Of a stretch of DNA of 64,000 bases, positions 39,105 to 50,204 are shown in pieces. Source of the DNA: Gemmatimonadota bacterium (GTDB taxonomy: Bacteria; Gemmatimonadota; Gemmatimonadetes; Palauibacterales; Palauibacteraceae). The stretch spans positions 16,428 through 80,427 of the forward strand of contig JAZGCO010000100.1 in the NCBI GenBank assembly GCA_036476995.1. The letters run 5' to 3'. Numbering within the stretch: position 1 is the stretch's first letter; the number at the start of each line of letters is the position of its first letter. The position numbers and the translations under genes were made by a program. The notes under the pieces are model-generated. The model made no database searches. It was not told the origin of the DNA and was given only the letters and a program-made list of their open reading frames with translations.

Positions 39105-40700
39105 GTGGCAAATCTTAGGCGCTTTCGGCGTATTTGCATTGCTACGGCGACCGCTCTCGCGGCAGCCTGTGGTGGCAAGGATTCCGGCTCCGGTGCGGAC
39201 CGTACACTGATCCTGGGCTACGCATCCGAGCTTCAAACACTGAATCCGCTCGTCAGCACCGATCAGAACGCCAATGAACTGATCAACTACCTCCTCTTCA
39301 CTCCGATAATCACGTTCGATTCCAATTTCGAGCCGGCACCCGGACTTGCCGAGTCGTGGGAGCAGACGGACACGGAGGTCGTTTTCCACCTCCGCGCGGA
39401 CGTGAACTGGCACGACGGACGACCCGTGACCGCCGAGGATGTCGCGTTCACCTTCGAGCGGGCCAAGGACCCTGCGCTTGCCTCGCCCTTGGCTTCGGCC
39501 TTCCTAGAGAATGTGAATTCGGTGGAAGTGCTGGATACTCACACGATCCGGTTCACTTTCAGCGTGGTCCACGCACAGGCTCTCGAGGACTTCTTCTGGG
39601 CCCCAGTTCCCAAGCATCTGCTCGAAGACACTGCCCCGGAAGAGATGATTCGAGCCGAGTACAACCGGTCTCCAGTCGGCAGCGGTCCATACCGGTTCGT
39701 TAGCTGGGAAGTGAACCGAATGCTGGTCTTTGAGGCGAACGAGGACTTTTCACCTTCCCTTGGCGGCCCGCCAAGTTTCCCGCGGGTCGTATACCGCATC
39801 ATTCCTGACGCGACAACCCGGGCGGCCGAGTTGCAGAGCGGCGGCATAGACGTAGATGGTCCACTCGGGCCGGCCAGTGCCCGGGCGATTGACGCCGACG
39901 AGACCACGACGCTGCATCGTTTTCCGTGGAGGCAGTTCAGCTATATCGGCTGGAACACGAAACGGCCAATCCTCGCTAATCCGGCCGTTAGGAGAGCGCT
40001 CACCATGGCGATCGACAGGGAATCGATCCTGGCGTCGGTGCTGCAAGGCTATGGCTCCGTGGCCAGTGGCATAATTCCTCCGTGGAGCCCGTACTCACCG
40101 GGGCTGACGCCGCTCCCGTATGCGCCTGATTCGGCTGCCGCTATTCTCGAGCGCGAAGGCTGGAGCGACTCGGACGGGGATGGGGTCAGGGACAGGAATG
40201 GAGTGCCGCTGCGTTTCGAGCTTCTCACCAACCAGAGAAGTCCGATCTACCCGGACATGGCGCAGATCGTCCAGGCTCAGCTGGCGGACATTGGAGTAGT
40301 AGCGGTGCCACGCATGCTAGAGTGGCAAACCGTGCTGGCCATGCACCGAGCCCGAGACTTTGATGCTGTTTTGACCAACTGGGTCTTGGACAATTTTCGA
40401 GTAGATCCGCGTATATTGTTCCACAGCAAGTATGCGACGATGCCCAACTCCGCGAACCGAAGCGCGTACCAGAGCGAGGTGGCGGATCAGCTCATGGACG
40501 AGGGCGCCGGTACTACAGAAGCCGAACCGGCCAGACGAATCTGGTCCGATTTCGCACGAGTCATCCAGGCAGATCAACCGCTCACCTTCCTCTTCTGGCA
40601 GGACGAACTGGCCGGAGTCTCGGCCGATCTTGAGGGTGTCCGCATGGATGCACGAGGAGAGCTGGTGACGATTACGGAGTGGCACCGGGGGAGCGAGTGA
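39105..40700 (+). CDS. ABC transporter substrate-binding lipoprotein, family 5 (peptide/nickel)
   Basis: Lipobox LAAACGG and SBP_bac_5 similarity. Confidence 0.85.
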   Translation: MANLRRFRRICIATATALAAACGGKDSGSGADRTLILGYASELQTLNPLVSTDQNANELINYLLFTPIITFDSNFEPAPGLAESWEQTDTEVVFHLRADVNWHDGRPVTAEDVAFTFERAKDPALASPLASAFLENVNSVEVLDTHTIRFTFSVVHAQALEDFFWAPVPKHLLEDTAPEEMIRAEYNRSPVGSGPYRFVSWEVNRMLVFEANEDFSPSLGGPPSFPRVVYRIIPDATTRAAELQSGGIDVDGPLGPASARAIDADETTTLHRFPWRQFSYIGWNTKRPILANPAVRRALTMAIDRESILASVLQGYGSVASGIIPPWSPYSPGLTPLPYAPDSAAAILEREGWSDSDGDGVRDRNGVPLRFELLTNQRSPIYPDMAQIVQAQLADIGVVAVPRMLEWQTVLAMHRARDFDAVLTNWVLDNFRVDPRILFHSKYATMPNSANRSAYQSEVADQLMDEGAGTTEAEPARRIWSDFARVIQADQPLTFLFWQDELAGVSADLEGVRMDARGELVTITEWHRGSE

Positions 40701-42358
40701 CGAACCAGCGGTCCTCGAACAGCAGACCGGGATTCACGACCAGAGGCACGCCGTTTTTTCTGATCGGTCTGTTCGCTCAACTGGGATGTGGTGGGACCGA
40801 TGCCGGATCAGCGTCAAACGGTCCACCCGTAGCCGAGGAGGACAGGTACGGCGGTACCGTCGTGGTGTCCGGCGTCTCTGACATCCAGACGATGAACTCT
40901 CTGGTTACGACCGACTACACAAGCGATCAACACCAGGCCTTCGTGCTCTTCGCGCCGCTCGCCCGTCTGGACGAGGAGTTCAAGGCGCAGCCTTACCTGG
41001 CCCGCTCCTGGGAGATCAACGCCGACACGAGCCAGGTCATTCTCCATTTGCGCGAGGATGCCGCCTGGCACGACGGCGTGCCGGTCACGGCAAATGACGT
41101 GATTCTGACGTTCAATCTGGCCAAGAATCCGGCCACCGGATTCCCCAATGCATCCTACTTTGACTTCTGGGATGCCGCGGAAGTCATAGACTCACTAACA
41201 GTCCGGTTTACTATCCGCAGTCACAACGAACCCTTCTTCGGCTGGGCCCGAACGGCTCTCGTTCCGGCTCATATTCTCAGCGGGACGCCGCCCGAGGAGC
41301 TGGCCAAACATCCATTTGGAAGCCAGAGCCCTGTCGGCAACGGCCCGTTTCGATTTGTTGAACGGACCTCAGACGCGTGGGTGTTCGAGGCCAACGAAGA
41401 TTTTCCGCAGGATCTAGGTGGCCGGCCATACTTAGATCGACTGGTATACCGCCAAATCGAAGACCACGTGACTCGGGCCGCGGAGCTTCGGGTGGGGGGC
41501 ATCGACCTGGCCGTCGACCTGATACCGCCGGTTCTGTCGGGTCTGGAGTCGAGTGCGGAGGTCCGAGTCGTAGATATCGATGCTCCTGAGTACGACTTCA
41601 TCGCCTGGAACTCCAAGCGGCCGTTCTTTCAGGATCCGCAGGTGCGACGCGCCCTGACCATGGCCATCGACCGAGGCGCGATGGTGCGCGCCCTGAGGTC
41701 CGGCCACGGGTCAGTGGCGACCGGCCCGTTGGGTCCGTGGCATTGGGCGTATGATGCGACATGGAGTCCGCTTCCCGTTGATCCAGACTCCGCCAGAGCG
41801 TTGCTTGACGCGGCAGGCTGGAAGGACAGCGACGGCGACGGGATCCGGGATCGAGACGGACAACCGTTTCGCTTCGACTTGATGATTGCCCCCAACCCTG
41901 AGCGGGAGGACATAGCAGTCATCGTTCAAGCAGGCCTGGCGGCGGTAGGAATCGATGTCCAGATCGCCATCCGAGAGGTCGCTGCCATGATTCCGGCCGT
42001 GACGGGGCCTGAGCGCCGATATGATGCTGTTCTCGTTGGCAACGTGAGCGACATGATCGTTGACGAGCGCGATTCCTGGGCCTGCGACCAGATCGGACAG
42101 CCGAACCAGTTCACGAGCTACTGCAATCCGAGCCTGGATGTGGTGATGGACTCGATTCCCATCGTACAGGACCGAGAAGTACTGGGCGGCCTACTTCGGC
42201 GTTTCCACGAGATTATCGCGGCTGACCAGCCCTATACTTTCCTCTTCTACTTGGACCGGATCAACGGAGTGCGAGGCGTACAGGGCGTGGAATTCGGAGT
42301 GCGGGGGGACTGGTTGTCCGTACACGACTGGTGGGTGCACCCGAACGACCGCAGATGA
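40679..42358 (+). CDS. ABC transporter substrate-binding lipoprotein, family 5 (second paralog)
   Basis: Lipobox LGCGG and SBP_bac_5 similarity. Start is uncertain. Confidence 0.85.
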   Translation: MAPGERVTNQRSSNSRPGFTTRGTPFFLIGLFAQLGCGGTDAGSASNGPPVAEEDRYGGTVVVSGVSDIQTMNSLVTTDYTSDQHQAFVLFAPLARLDEEFKAQPYLARSWEINADTSQVILHLREDAAWHDGVPVTANDVILTFNLAKNPATGFPNASYFDFWDAAEVIDSLTVRFTIRSHNEPFFGWARTALVPAHILSGTPPEELAKHPFGSQSPVGNGPFRFVERTSDAWVFEANEDFPQDLGGRPYLDRLVYRQIEDHVTRAAELRVGGIDLAVDLIPPVLSGLESSAEVRVVDIDAPEYDFIAWNSKRPFFQDPQVRRALTMAIDRGAMVRALRSGHGSVATGPLGPWHWAYDATWSPLPVDPDSARALLDAAGWKDSDGDGIRDRDGQPFRFDLMIAPNPEREDIAVIVQAGLAAVGIDVQIAIREVAAMIPAVTGPERRYDAVLVGNVSDMIVDERDSWACDQIGQPNQFTSYCNPSLDVVMDSIPIVQDREVLGGLLRRFHEIIAADQPYTFLFYLDRINGVRGVQGVEFGVRGDWLSVHDWWVHPNDRR

Positions 42359-42419
42359 CGCGCTGATCAAGTACGCGCTGCGCCGGCTCCTGCAGTCGAT
42401 CCCCCTGCTTCTGGGGATC

Positions 42420-43346
42420 GTGACGCTCATCTTCGTTATTCTGCATCTGGCCCCAGGCGACCCCACTTCAACCTACTTCAGCCCGCGAATTCCTCCCGAA
42501 GTTCTAGAGCAGATGCGCCGAAACATGGGCCTCGACCAGCCCATCCACGTCCAATACGTCCAGTGGCTGCGGCTGTCACTGAGCGGCGATTTCGGTTACA
42601 GCTACAGCGAGTTTCGGCCGGTGACGAGCGTACTGGCCGACCATCTCCCCAACACTCTTCTTTTGGGCACCGTATCCCTAGTGTTGATCTTCGTGGTAGG
42701 CTGCTTCATCGGCGCAGTGCAGGCTGTCCGCAAGTACAGTAAGCTCGATTCCGTCCTTACGTTCTTCGCGCTACTGATCTATTCCGTGCCTGGCTTCTGG
42801 CTGGGCCTCATGCTCGTCTTGTTGGTTTCTTCCGGCGCACTTGGCTGGCTGAACCTGCCGGTGTCGGGAATGCTGGACGTCAACCACGAATTCATGAGCC
42901 CTATCGGCCGCATGGCCGACATCGCGCGCCACCTCGTCATGCCGACGATCGCTCTGGGGTTGGCCTCGGCGGCTGGCGTAGCCCGCTACATGCGCGGCGA
43001 ATTGCTCGAGGTCATCGGTCAGGACTACATTCGGACCGCCCGCGCGAAAGGACTGCGCGAGAGCAGTGTCATCTGGCGGCATGCACTTCGAAACGCGCTG
43101 CTCCCGGTGATCACTCTCCTGGGCCTCTATCTACCGCTACTGATCGGCGGCACAGTCGTCATCGAGGTTGTGTTCGCGTGGCCGGGGATGGGGCGACTGC
43201 TGTATGACGGCATTCTAGCGCGCGACTACCCCCTGGTGACCGCGGCAAGCTTCTTGTTCGCGGTGATCGTGTTGGCGGGCAACCTGCTCGCCGACCTGCT
43301 CTACGCGGCCGTAGATCCCCGCATTCGCCTTGGGGCACGCGAATGA
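42420..43346 (+). CDS. ABC transporter permease (DppB/OppB-like); N-terminus appears truncated at the first canonical start
   Basis: The EAA-loop permease fold is present. The conserved N-terminal helix (LIKYALRRLLQSIPLLLGIV) is encoded in-frame upstream of the GTG at 42420 but has no canonical start. An ATG at 42355 overlaps the upstream stop as ATGA but lies in a different frame. Confidence 0.8.
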   Translation: MTLIFVILHLAPGDPTSTYFSPRIPPEVLEQMRRNMGLDQPIHVQYVQWLRLSLSGDFGYSYSEFRPVTSVLADHLPNTLLLGTVSLVLIFVVGCFIGAVQAVRKYSKLDSVLTFFALLIYSVPGFWLGLMLVLLVSSGALGWLNLPVSGMLDVNHEFMSPIGRMADIARHLVMPTIALGLASAAGVARYMRGELLEVIGQDYIRTARAKGLRESSVIWRHALRNALLPVITLLGLYLPLLIGGTVVIEVVFAWPGMGRLLYDGILARDYPLVTAASFLFAVIVLAGNLLADLLYAAVDPRIRLGARE

Positions 43347-44383
43347 CGGCGGGGCTGAAGTGGTACCTGGGTGCCGGGCTGCTCCTGGCTCTGGGCTTGT
43401 GGCGCCGTGGCAGAGTGGCGGCGACAGTGGTCGGTGGCGATGTGGCCGGCTGGGTTGCGCTAGCCACCCTGGTCATCGGCATTGTCCTGTGTGCGCACCT
43501 AGGCCTGCGGGCTCGGCGCGCTCTGCCCGCGGTCCGCGGCCACTCATGGTGGGAGATCGGCCTGCGTCAGTTCAGGCTGCACCGATCCGCGGTGCTCGGA
43601 CTGCAGCTGCTGCTGCTCCTTAGTCTGGCCACGCTGCTCACGCCGCTGCTCAGCTCGTTCGACCCGAACGCCATCGATCCAGCTGCGGGACGACTCCTGA
43701 CACCGTCGTTGACTCATCTAATGGGTACCGACCACCTGGGCCGAGACGTTTTGAGCCGTGTGCTATACGGGGGGCGAATAAGCCTGTCGATAGGGTTTCT
43801 AGCCATCCTAATCTCGGTAACACTCGGCGTCGTCGTCGGAGCCACCGCCGGCTATGTAGGTGGATGGGTCGATGGGCTGCTCATGCGTATCGTGGATCTG
43901 TTTCTGAGTTTCCCCCGCCTGATTCTGCTCATGATGATCGTCGCCGTGTTTCCTCCCTCTGTGCTCCTGATCGTGGCCATACTCGGTCTCACGGGCTGGA
44001 TGGGAGTGGCGCGGCTCGTCCGCGGCCAGGTGCTCAGCCTGCGGGAGCGCGAGTACATTCTAGCCGCCCGTGCCCTGGGCTTTCGCGGCACGCGAATCAT
44101 GGCCCGGCACATACTGCCCAACGTACTCACGCCGGTAATCGTGGCTGCCACCCTGGGTATCGGAAACGCGATTCTGGCCGAGGCCGCACTGAGCTTCCTC
44201 GGCCTGGGCGTGGCTCCTCCTACCGCTTCGTGGGGCAACGTGATCCGCGACGGAAGCCGCTTCATGGTCGATGGCTGGTGGATCACGAGCTTCCCGGGCC
44301 TGGCGGTCGTACTCACGGTGATGAGTTTCAATCTCGTAGGTGACGGCCTTCGCGATGCCCTGGACCCGCGGCACAGCGCATGA
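43343..44383 (+). CDS. ABC transporter permease (DppC/OppC-like)
   Basis: Permease fold. ATGA overlap with the upstream stop codon. Confidence 0.85.
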   Translation: MTAGLKWYLGAGLLLALGLWRRGRVAATVVGGDVAGWVALATLVIGIVLCAHLGLRARRALPAVRGHSWWEIGLRQFRLHRSAVLGLQLLLLLSLATLLTPLLSSFDPNAIDPAAGRLLTPSLTHLMGTDHLGRDVLSRVLYGGRISLSIGFLAILISVTLGVVVGATAGYVGGWVDGLLMRIVDLFLSFPRLILLMMIVAVFPPSVLLIVAILGLTGWMGVARLVRGQVLSLREREYILAARALGFRGTRIMARHILPNVLTPVIVAATLGIGNAILAEAALSFLGLGVAPPTASWGNVIRDGSRFMVDGWWITSFPGLAVVLTVMSFNLVGDGLRDALDPRHSA

Positions 44384-45363
44384 GCGTACTCTCTGTCCGT
44401 GATCTACGGACGTACTTCCACACCGATGATGGCGAAGCGCGGGCCGTAGACGGCGTGTCGTTCGACCTTGCGGATGGAGAAATCCTCGCCCTGGTCGGTG
44501 AGTCAGGCTGCGGCAAGTCCGTCACCTCCCTGTCCATTCTCGGACTGATTGCTTCGCCGCCCGGTGAGATCATTGCTGGTTCCAGCGTACAACTCGGAGG
44601 CCGAGAACTCCTGGACCTGACCGAAGACGAAATGCGACACGTCCGCGGTGGCCAGATCGCCATGATTTTCCAGGAGCCCATGACGAGCCTGAACCCCGTG
44701 ATGCGCGTAGGCGAACAGGTCGCAGAGGCAATCAGAGCTCATTCGGATGACCCGGAGGGTGCTGTGCGCAAACGAGTGCTGGAGCTTCTCGGGCGCGTTG
44801 GAATCCCAGACCCGGACTCTCGTTACAACGCTTACCCGCACCAACTGTCCGGCGGAATGAGGCAGCGGGTGATGATCGCAATGGCACTCTCAAGTAAGCC
44901 CGCCGTGCTCATTGCCGATGAGCCAACCACGGCCCTGGATGTAACGATACAGGCCCAAGTCTTGGAGTTGCTTCGTGGACTCCGCGACGAACTGGGGATG
45001 GCGATACTTTTCGTAACGCACGATTTGGGCGTTGTTGCCGAGATAGCGGACAGGGTCGCCGTCATGTACGCGGGCCGTATCGTTGAGGAATCCCCCGTGG
45101 CTGACTTGTTCCGGCGCCCCCGGCACCCCTACACCGAAGGCCTGCTTCGGGCTGTTCCCGATCCGCAGGCGCCCGGCCGCCTGATGTCCATTCCAGGCGC
45201 TGTGCCCAGTCCCTTGGAGAGGTTACCGGGCTGCACGTTCGCGCCACGGTGCCCTCATGTCTGGCCGAAGTGCCGCGACGCGGAGCCGCCATCCATAGCG
45301 GACGGACAGACTGCCGTGCGTTGCTGGCTGGCAGAAGAGCCGGAACGGAGGCACGACACGTGA
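44380..45363 (+). CDS. ABC transporter ATP-binding protein (DppD/OppD-like)
   Basis: Walker [17 protein letters not shown] signature, and the C-terminal oligopeptide-type extension. Confidence 0.9.
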   Translation: MSVLSVRDLRTYFHTDDGEARAVDGVSFDLADGEILALVGESGCGKSVTSLSILGLIASPPGEIIAGSSVQLGGRELLDLTEDEMRHVRGGQIAMIFQEPMTSLNPVMRVGEQVAEAIRAHSDDPEGAVRKRVLELLGRVGIPDPDSRYNAYPHQLSGGMRQRVMIAMALSSKPAVLIADEPTTALDVTIQAQVLELLRGLRDELGMAILFVTHDLGVVAEIADRVAVMYAGRIVEESPVADLFRRPRHPYTEGLLRAVPDPQAPGRLMSIPGAVPSPLERLPGCTFAPRCPHVWPKCRDAEPPSIADGQTAVRCWLAEEPERRHDT

Positions 45364-46343
45364 CCTCTCCGGATATTCTGTTCGACGTCGACGAGCTGAC
45401 ACGGACCTTCCGAGCAGTTCGAGCCCCCGGTCGGCCTCCAAGGGTCGTTCACGCTGTGCGTGAAGTGTCTCTACAGGTGCGCGCCGGCGAGACCTTGGGT
45501 CTGGTGGGCGAATCGGGCTGCGGCAAGAGCACGCTGGGGCGGCTCATGCTCCGACTGGACCGTCCCACGTCCGGCACCGTGCACTACCGGGGCCAAGATC
45601 TATTCGGTCTTTCCGGACCCGAGCTACTAGCGTTCCGCCGCAAGGCCCAAATTGTCTTCCAGGATCCGTTCGGCTCCCTGAACCCTCGTCTCACGATAGG
45701 CGGCGCTCTGCGGGAGGTCCTGGCCGTACATGAACTGGCTCAGGGGCGGGCGGCCGACGACCGGATAGATGAGCTACTGGACCTGGTGGGCCTCCCCATC
45801 TCCGCTCGCCGGCGTTACCCACATGAGTTCTCGGGAGGCCAGCGACAACGCATAGGAATTGCCCGGGCCCTTGCCGTGGAACCGGAATTCCTTCTGGCCG
45901 ACGAGCCCGTGTCGGCGCTGGACGTATCCGTGCAGGCACAGGTCCTCAACCTGCTGGCGGAATTGCAGGACAAACTTGGCCTAGCTTACGTGCTCATCGC
46001 CCATGATCTCGCGGTCGTACAGCTCATGAGCGACCGGGTCGCGGTGATGTACCTGGGCCGGATCGTGGAAAGCGGTCCGACGGACAGATTGTTCGAGAAC
46101 CCGCTACATCCCTACACAAAGGCGCTGATAGCGGCGGTACCGCGTGCGGAAGTGGCAGAAGACCGGCCGCCGCGAGAGCGAATCATATTGAGAGGCGACG
46201 CATCCACCGGAGCCACGTCTGCGTCTGGCTGCGCTTTCTACGCACGCTGTTTCCACGAGCGTCGCGATTCTGACTGTCTGGCAGCTGTGCCACCGCTGCG
46301 GACACTGGAAGCCGATCACGAGGTACGGTGCCTCAAAGTCTAA
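45360..46343 (+). CDS. ABC transporter ATP-binding protein (DppF/OppF-like)
   Basis: Walker [10 protein letters not shown] and FSGGQRQR signature. GTG start overlaps the upstream stop as GTGA. Confidence 0.9.
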   Translation: MTSPDILFDVDELTRTFRAVRAPGRPPRVVHAVREVSLQVRAGETLGLVGESGCGKSTLGRLMLRLDRPTSGTVHYRGQDLFGLSGPELLAFRRKAQIVFQDPFGSLNPRLTIGGALREVLAVHELAQGRAADDRIDELLDLVGLPISARRRYPHEFSGGQRQRIGIARALAVEPEFLLADEPVSALDVSVQAQVLNLLAELQDKLGLAYVLIAHDLAVVQLMSDRVAVMYLGRIVESGPTDRLFENPLHPYTKALIAAVPRAEVAEDRPPRERIILRGDASTGATSASGCAFYARCFHERRDSDCLAAVPPLRTLEADHEVRCLKV

Positions 46344-46545
46344 GCCACCAGGACATCGCTCACGCGCCTCTACCTGCGCTCCACGGCGGCGAATCCGAAT
46401 CCGTAGCGGACCGCGTGCAGTACCGCGCAAAACTTGACACCGTATCAAGCGGCGAAATAGCTTCCCCAGCCCCGATGTCCGGGACAGGGGCGGTCCGGCG
46501 GGTAGCCCACTCAGGATCCCGGACACCCTCACGCTGGAGGTCACA

Positions 46546-47238
46546 TTGGTTAGCATGACCGGTGCGGTTATTTGGATGGCTCAGGAGACACCTGGCCTTG
46601 GGCAAGGGCAGGAGTTCGACATTCTCGACATCTGGTCGTCGGGTGGGTTCATGATGTGGCCCCTCGGCATATGCCTCCTGATCGGAATCCTCATCATCGT
46701 CTGGAAGTTCTTCGACCTCAATGTGAAGTCCGCCCAGAACCGCAGCCTGCTCAAGGAAGTAGATGAGCTGGTTGCTGGTGGACGGCTCTCGGAAGCACTC
46801 GGCGTATGCGAAAACTCGGCCTCGCCGGCCGGACGCATTCTGGCTGCCGGTCTGCAGAGGCATGACGAGGGAACAGAACGGGTGACGGCTGCCATCGAGC
46901 ACGCCGGCGCCGTACAGGTTGCTCAGCTCGAACGTGGCCTGGTATGGCTCGCCACACTATCCAACGTGGCTCCGCTGCTTGGCTTCCTGGGAACCGTGAT
47001 CGGAATGATCCAGGCTTTCCAGGCGATCGAAATCGCCGGAGAGGTGGAGGCCACACTGGTCGCTGGCGGAATCAAGGTCGCCCTTATCACGACCGCAACT
47101 GGTCTGACGATCGCGATTCCGATCAACATCTTCCATAACTATTTCGTGTCGAAGGTCGATCGGATGGTGATCGACATGGAAGAAAGCGCTCAGAAGATGA
47201 TCGACGCTGTTCACGCTCGAGAGCGCGAGGCCGTCTAG
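46546..47238 (+). CDS. MotA/TolQ/ExbB proton-channel family protein
   Basis: Three transmembrane segments with the ExbB/TolQ signature (LATLSNVAPLLGFLGTVIGMI). Confidence 0.8.
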   Translation: MVSMTGAVIWMAQETPGLGQGQEFDILDIWSSGGFMMWPLGICLLIGILIIVWKFFDLNVKSAQNRSLLKEVDELVAGGRLSEALGVCENSASPAGRILAAGLQRHDEGTERVTAAIEHAGAVQVAQLERGLVWLATLSNVAPLLGFLGTVIGMIQAFQAIEIAGEVEATLVAGGIKVALITTATGLTIAIPINIFHNYFVSKVDRMVIDMEESAQKMIDAVHAREREAV

Positions 47239-47282
47239 ATTCTGGAAGAAGCTCACTTTGTACTAGCACTGTAGTGGGTGAG

Positions 47283-47312
47283 CAGCCCCGGGGGGTACGC
47301 GCCCCCGGGCTG
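47283..47312 (+). terminator. GC-rich hairpin after the exbB-like gene (terminator candidate, weak T tract)
   Basis: cagccccgggggg / tacgcg / cccccgggctg. Confidence 0.35.
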
Positions 47313-47345
47313 TCTATTCCCAACTCACGAGATGCGAGGCTTTAA

Positions 47346-50204
47346 ATGCGCACTTTGATTGTACGCTTCCCCACGTTTCGTATGCTCCTCGCCGGTCTGG
47401 TTGCCGTTTCCTTAAACGCCCGGCCGCTGGCTGCTCAGGAAGGCGCTATCGCCGGAACGGTCAAGGATGCTAAGACCGGTGCGGCTCTTTCGACGGTCCA
47501 GGTGGAGATTCTGGGCGCTGACGCGGCCGTGATCGCCGGGGACTTTACAGCCTCTTCGGGCACCTACCGGATTCCCGTTCCCGCCGGCGTGTACTCAGTC
47601 ACGTTTACCAGTCCTGGTTGGGACATTCTGACGCAGGAGGGTGTTACGGTCGCGGCGGGTCAGACCACCTCACTCAGCGTGGATCTGATCGAGCGGGCGT
47701 TTAATCTGAATCCGATCACCGTGACCGCCTCGAAGCACGAAGAAAAGATTCTTGACGCTCCCGCCGCCGTGCAGGTCGTCTCGACTCAGGACATCCGGGA
47801 AGCGAACGCGATCACCTCCGCTGACCACGTGAAGGACCAGGCCGGCGTGGACGTGATCGTCACGGGCCTGCAGAGCAACTACGTAGTGGCTCGCGGCTTC
47901 AACAATATTTTCTCGGGTGCCACCCTTTCGCTGACGGACAACCGAATTGCTCGGGTACCGTCGCTGCGTGCCAACATTACCTGGCTTGATCCCACGAATA
48001 ACTGGGATCTCGACCGGATCGAGGTCGTACTGGGCCCGGGCTCGGCACTATACGGCCCCAACGCGGCGAACGGAGTCATCCATTCGATCACGCGGTCGCC
48101 GATCGACGACCCAGGGGTGGATGTTTCGGTATCAACCGGTTTCCGGAATCAGGCGGATCAGCCGTCGGCCGGCCTGACATCAAGCACGGAATCCATCGTG
48201 CTGACCGAGGCGCGTCTCGCGACTCGTACCGAGGACGGGAAGTTCGGGTTCAAGGTCAGTGGCCAATACTTCGAGGGGACGGACTGGGAGACCACGGATC
48301 TGGTCGAGCAGGCTCAGCTGTCGCTCGCGCAGGCGTGTCAGGCCAGCAGTTTCAATCTAGCGGATCCCTCCTGCCTGAATTTCTCGAATGGTCTCGATCT
48401 TACTGATCCGAACCAGCAGGCTCTTCTTCAGACGTTCGTGAACAACGTGGCTGGTGGCCGGGATTACGACCTTAAGCGTTGGTCTTTGGATGCTCGATTC
48501 GACATCCGGCCCCGCGACGGAACGAGCGTAATCATCAACGGCGGCTACACGAATGCGGTCAACAGCGTGGACCTTACCGGTCTCGGGGCTGGCCAGGTCG
48601 ACAACTGGGGGTACTACTACCTGCAAGGCCGGCTGCAAGTAGACGATTTCTTCGCCCAGGCGTTCTTCAACAAGAGCAACAACGAAGACACGTACCTGCT
48701 CCGGTCCGGTCGGCCACTTGTGGACAAGTCCCAGATCTTCGTCGCGCAGCTTCAGCACTCGGCGCTTCTCGGAGATAACCAGCGGTTCGTATACGGCGTA
48801 GACTTCATCAGTACGCGACCCGACACCGACGGGACGATCAACGGGCAGAACGATGCTGACGACGATGTCACCGAAGTCGGTGGGTACGTTCAGTCGGAGA
48901 CAGCGCTGAGTCCGATGTGGGACTTGGTCCTGGCGGCGCGGGTGGACCATCACACAGCGCTCGAAGATCTAGTGTTCTCGCCCAGGGCGGCGCTAGTCTA
49001 CAAGCCGACGCAGGAGCACAGCATTCGGCTCACGTACAACCGGGCGTTCTCGACCCCGACCAGCCTAAATCTGTTCCTCGACATCTCGGGCGGTACGGTG
49101 CCGCTCGGCGGTCCGTTCCGGTACGACATTCGGGCACAGGGGGTCACTGAGGACGGGCTTCAGATGCTCAGGGACGCCAATGGTGTCCCAATGCACCAAT
49201 CGCCGTTCAATCTCTTACTGGGTGGAGCGACGAACACGTTTCTCCCGACCACGACGGGACAGCTATGGGCTGAAGCCGTGGCCGTGGTAGCCGCTCAGGA
49301 TCCGGCTGCGGGCGGGCTGCTGGGGCTGATCGCGCCGCCGAGCGGCACGGATGTTCCGGTGGTGGCCGCCACGCTGGATCTAGGCTCTCAAACGTTTGTG
49401 CCGGTGCTCACGCCGCTATCCGAGGTGAGCGATATCAACGTTCTGAAGCCGACTATCACCCAAACGATCGAGTTCGGCTACAAGGGACTGATCAGCGGGA
49501 AACTGCTTCTCGGAATCAACGGATACTGGTCCCACATCTCAGACAACGTGTCGGCCCTGCGTCTCGTCACGCCGAACGTGTTCCTCGAGGGCACTGCTCT
49601 CGGTGGCTATTTGACGCAGCAGTTCAGGGGGCTGGTCGGACTCGTTTTCCCTGACGACCCCACCGCTGATGCGACGGCGGCGGCGCTGGCCGGAACGATC
49701 GCCACCATTCCGCTCGGCGTGCTGACACCAGGACAGGCGGGCGGAAACGACGCCACGATGATTCTGACCTACCAGAACATCGGCAGCCTGAATCTCGGCG
49801 GCGGGGACTTGTCGCTCACATATCTGGCCAATGAGAACTGGGAAATCTCGGCCGGCGCGGCCTTCGTGAGCGATGAAGCGTTTACGGCCGGTAGCGAAAT
49901 TATCTCCCTCAACGCACCTACAGCTAAGGGCGCGCTGTCAGTGCGGTATCGCAATGCCGCGAGCGGTTGGTCTGGCCGGGTTCGGTCCCGGTTCCAGGAC
50001 GGCTACGAGGCGAACTCCGGAGTGTTCGTCGGAACCGTTGACGGATTCGCCGTTGTAGATCTTGGGCTGGGCTACACGTTCCCGCGCAGCGGTGTAACGG
50101 CGCAGCTGGACATCCAGAACGCGTTCGACAACAACTACGCCAGCTTCGTGGGATCTCCGGCGCTCGGCCGACTTTCCACACTGCGGCTGTCTTACTCGCA
50201 CTAG
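47346..50204 (+). CDS. TonB-dependent receptor-like outer membrane protein with N-terminal carboxypeptidase-regulatory-like domain
   Basis: Signal peptide, a CarbopepD_reg-like beta-sandwich (GTVKDAKTGAAL...YRI), a plug-like region, and a long beta-barrel with alternating hydrophobic strands. Confidence 0.7.
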   Translation: MRTLIVRFPTFRMLLAGLVAVSLNARPLAAQEGAIAGTVKDAKTGAALSTVQVEILGADAAVIAGDFTASSGTYRIPVPAGVYSVTFTSPGWDILTQEGVTVAAGQTTSLSVDLIERAFNLNPITVTASKHEEKILDAPAAVQVVSTQDIREANAITSADHVKDQAGVDVIVTGLQSNYVVARGFNNIFSGATLSLTDNRIARVPSLRANITWLDPTNNWDLDRIEVVLGPGSALYGPNAANGVIHSITRSPIDDPGVDVSVSTGFRNQADQPSAGLTSSTESIVLTEARLATRTEDGKFGFKVSGQYFEGTDWETTDLVEQAQLSLAQACQASSFNLADPSCLNFSNGLDLTDPNQQALLQTFVNNVAGGRDYDLKRWSLDARFDIRPRDGTSVIINGGYTNAVNSVDLTGLGAGQVDNWGYYYLQGRLQVDDFFAQAFFNKSNNEDTYLLRSGRPLVDKSQIFVAQLQHSALLGDNQRFVYGVDFISTRPDTDGTINGQNDADDDVTEVGGYVQSETALSPMWDLVLAARVDHHTALEDLVFSPRAALVYKPTQEHSIRLTYNRAFSTPTSLNLFLDISGGTVPLGGPFRYDIRAQGVTEDGLQMLRDANGVPMHQSPFNLLLGGATNTFLPTTTGQLWAEAVAVVAAQDPAAGGLLGLIAPPSGTDVPVVAATLDLGSQTFVPVLTPLSEVSDINVLKPTITQTIEFGYKGLISGKLLLGINGYWSHISDNVSALRLVTPNVFLEGTALGGYLTQQFRGLVGLVFPDDPTADATAAALAGTIATIPLGVLTPGQAGGNDATMILTYQNIGSLNLGGGDLSLTYLANENWEISAGAAFVSDEAFTAGSEIISLNAPTAKGALSVRYRNAASGWSGRVRSRFQDGYEANSGVFVGTVDGFAVVDLGLGYTFPRSGVTAQLDIQNAFDNNYASFVGSPALGRLSTLRLSYSH

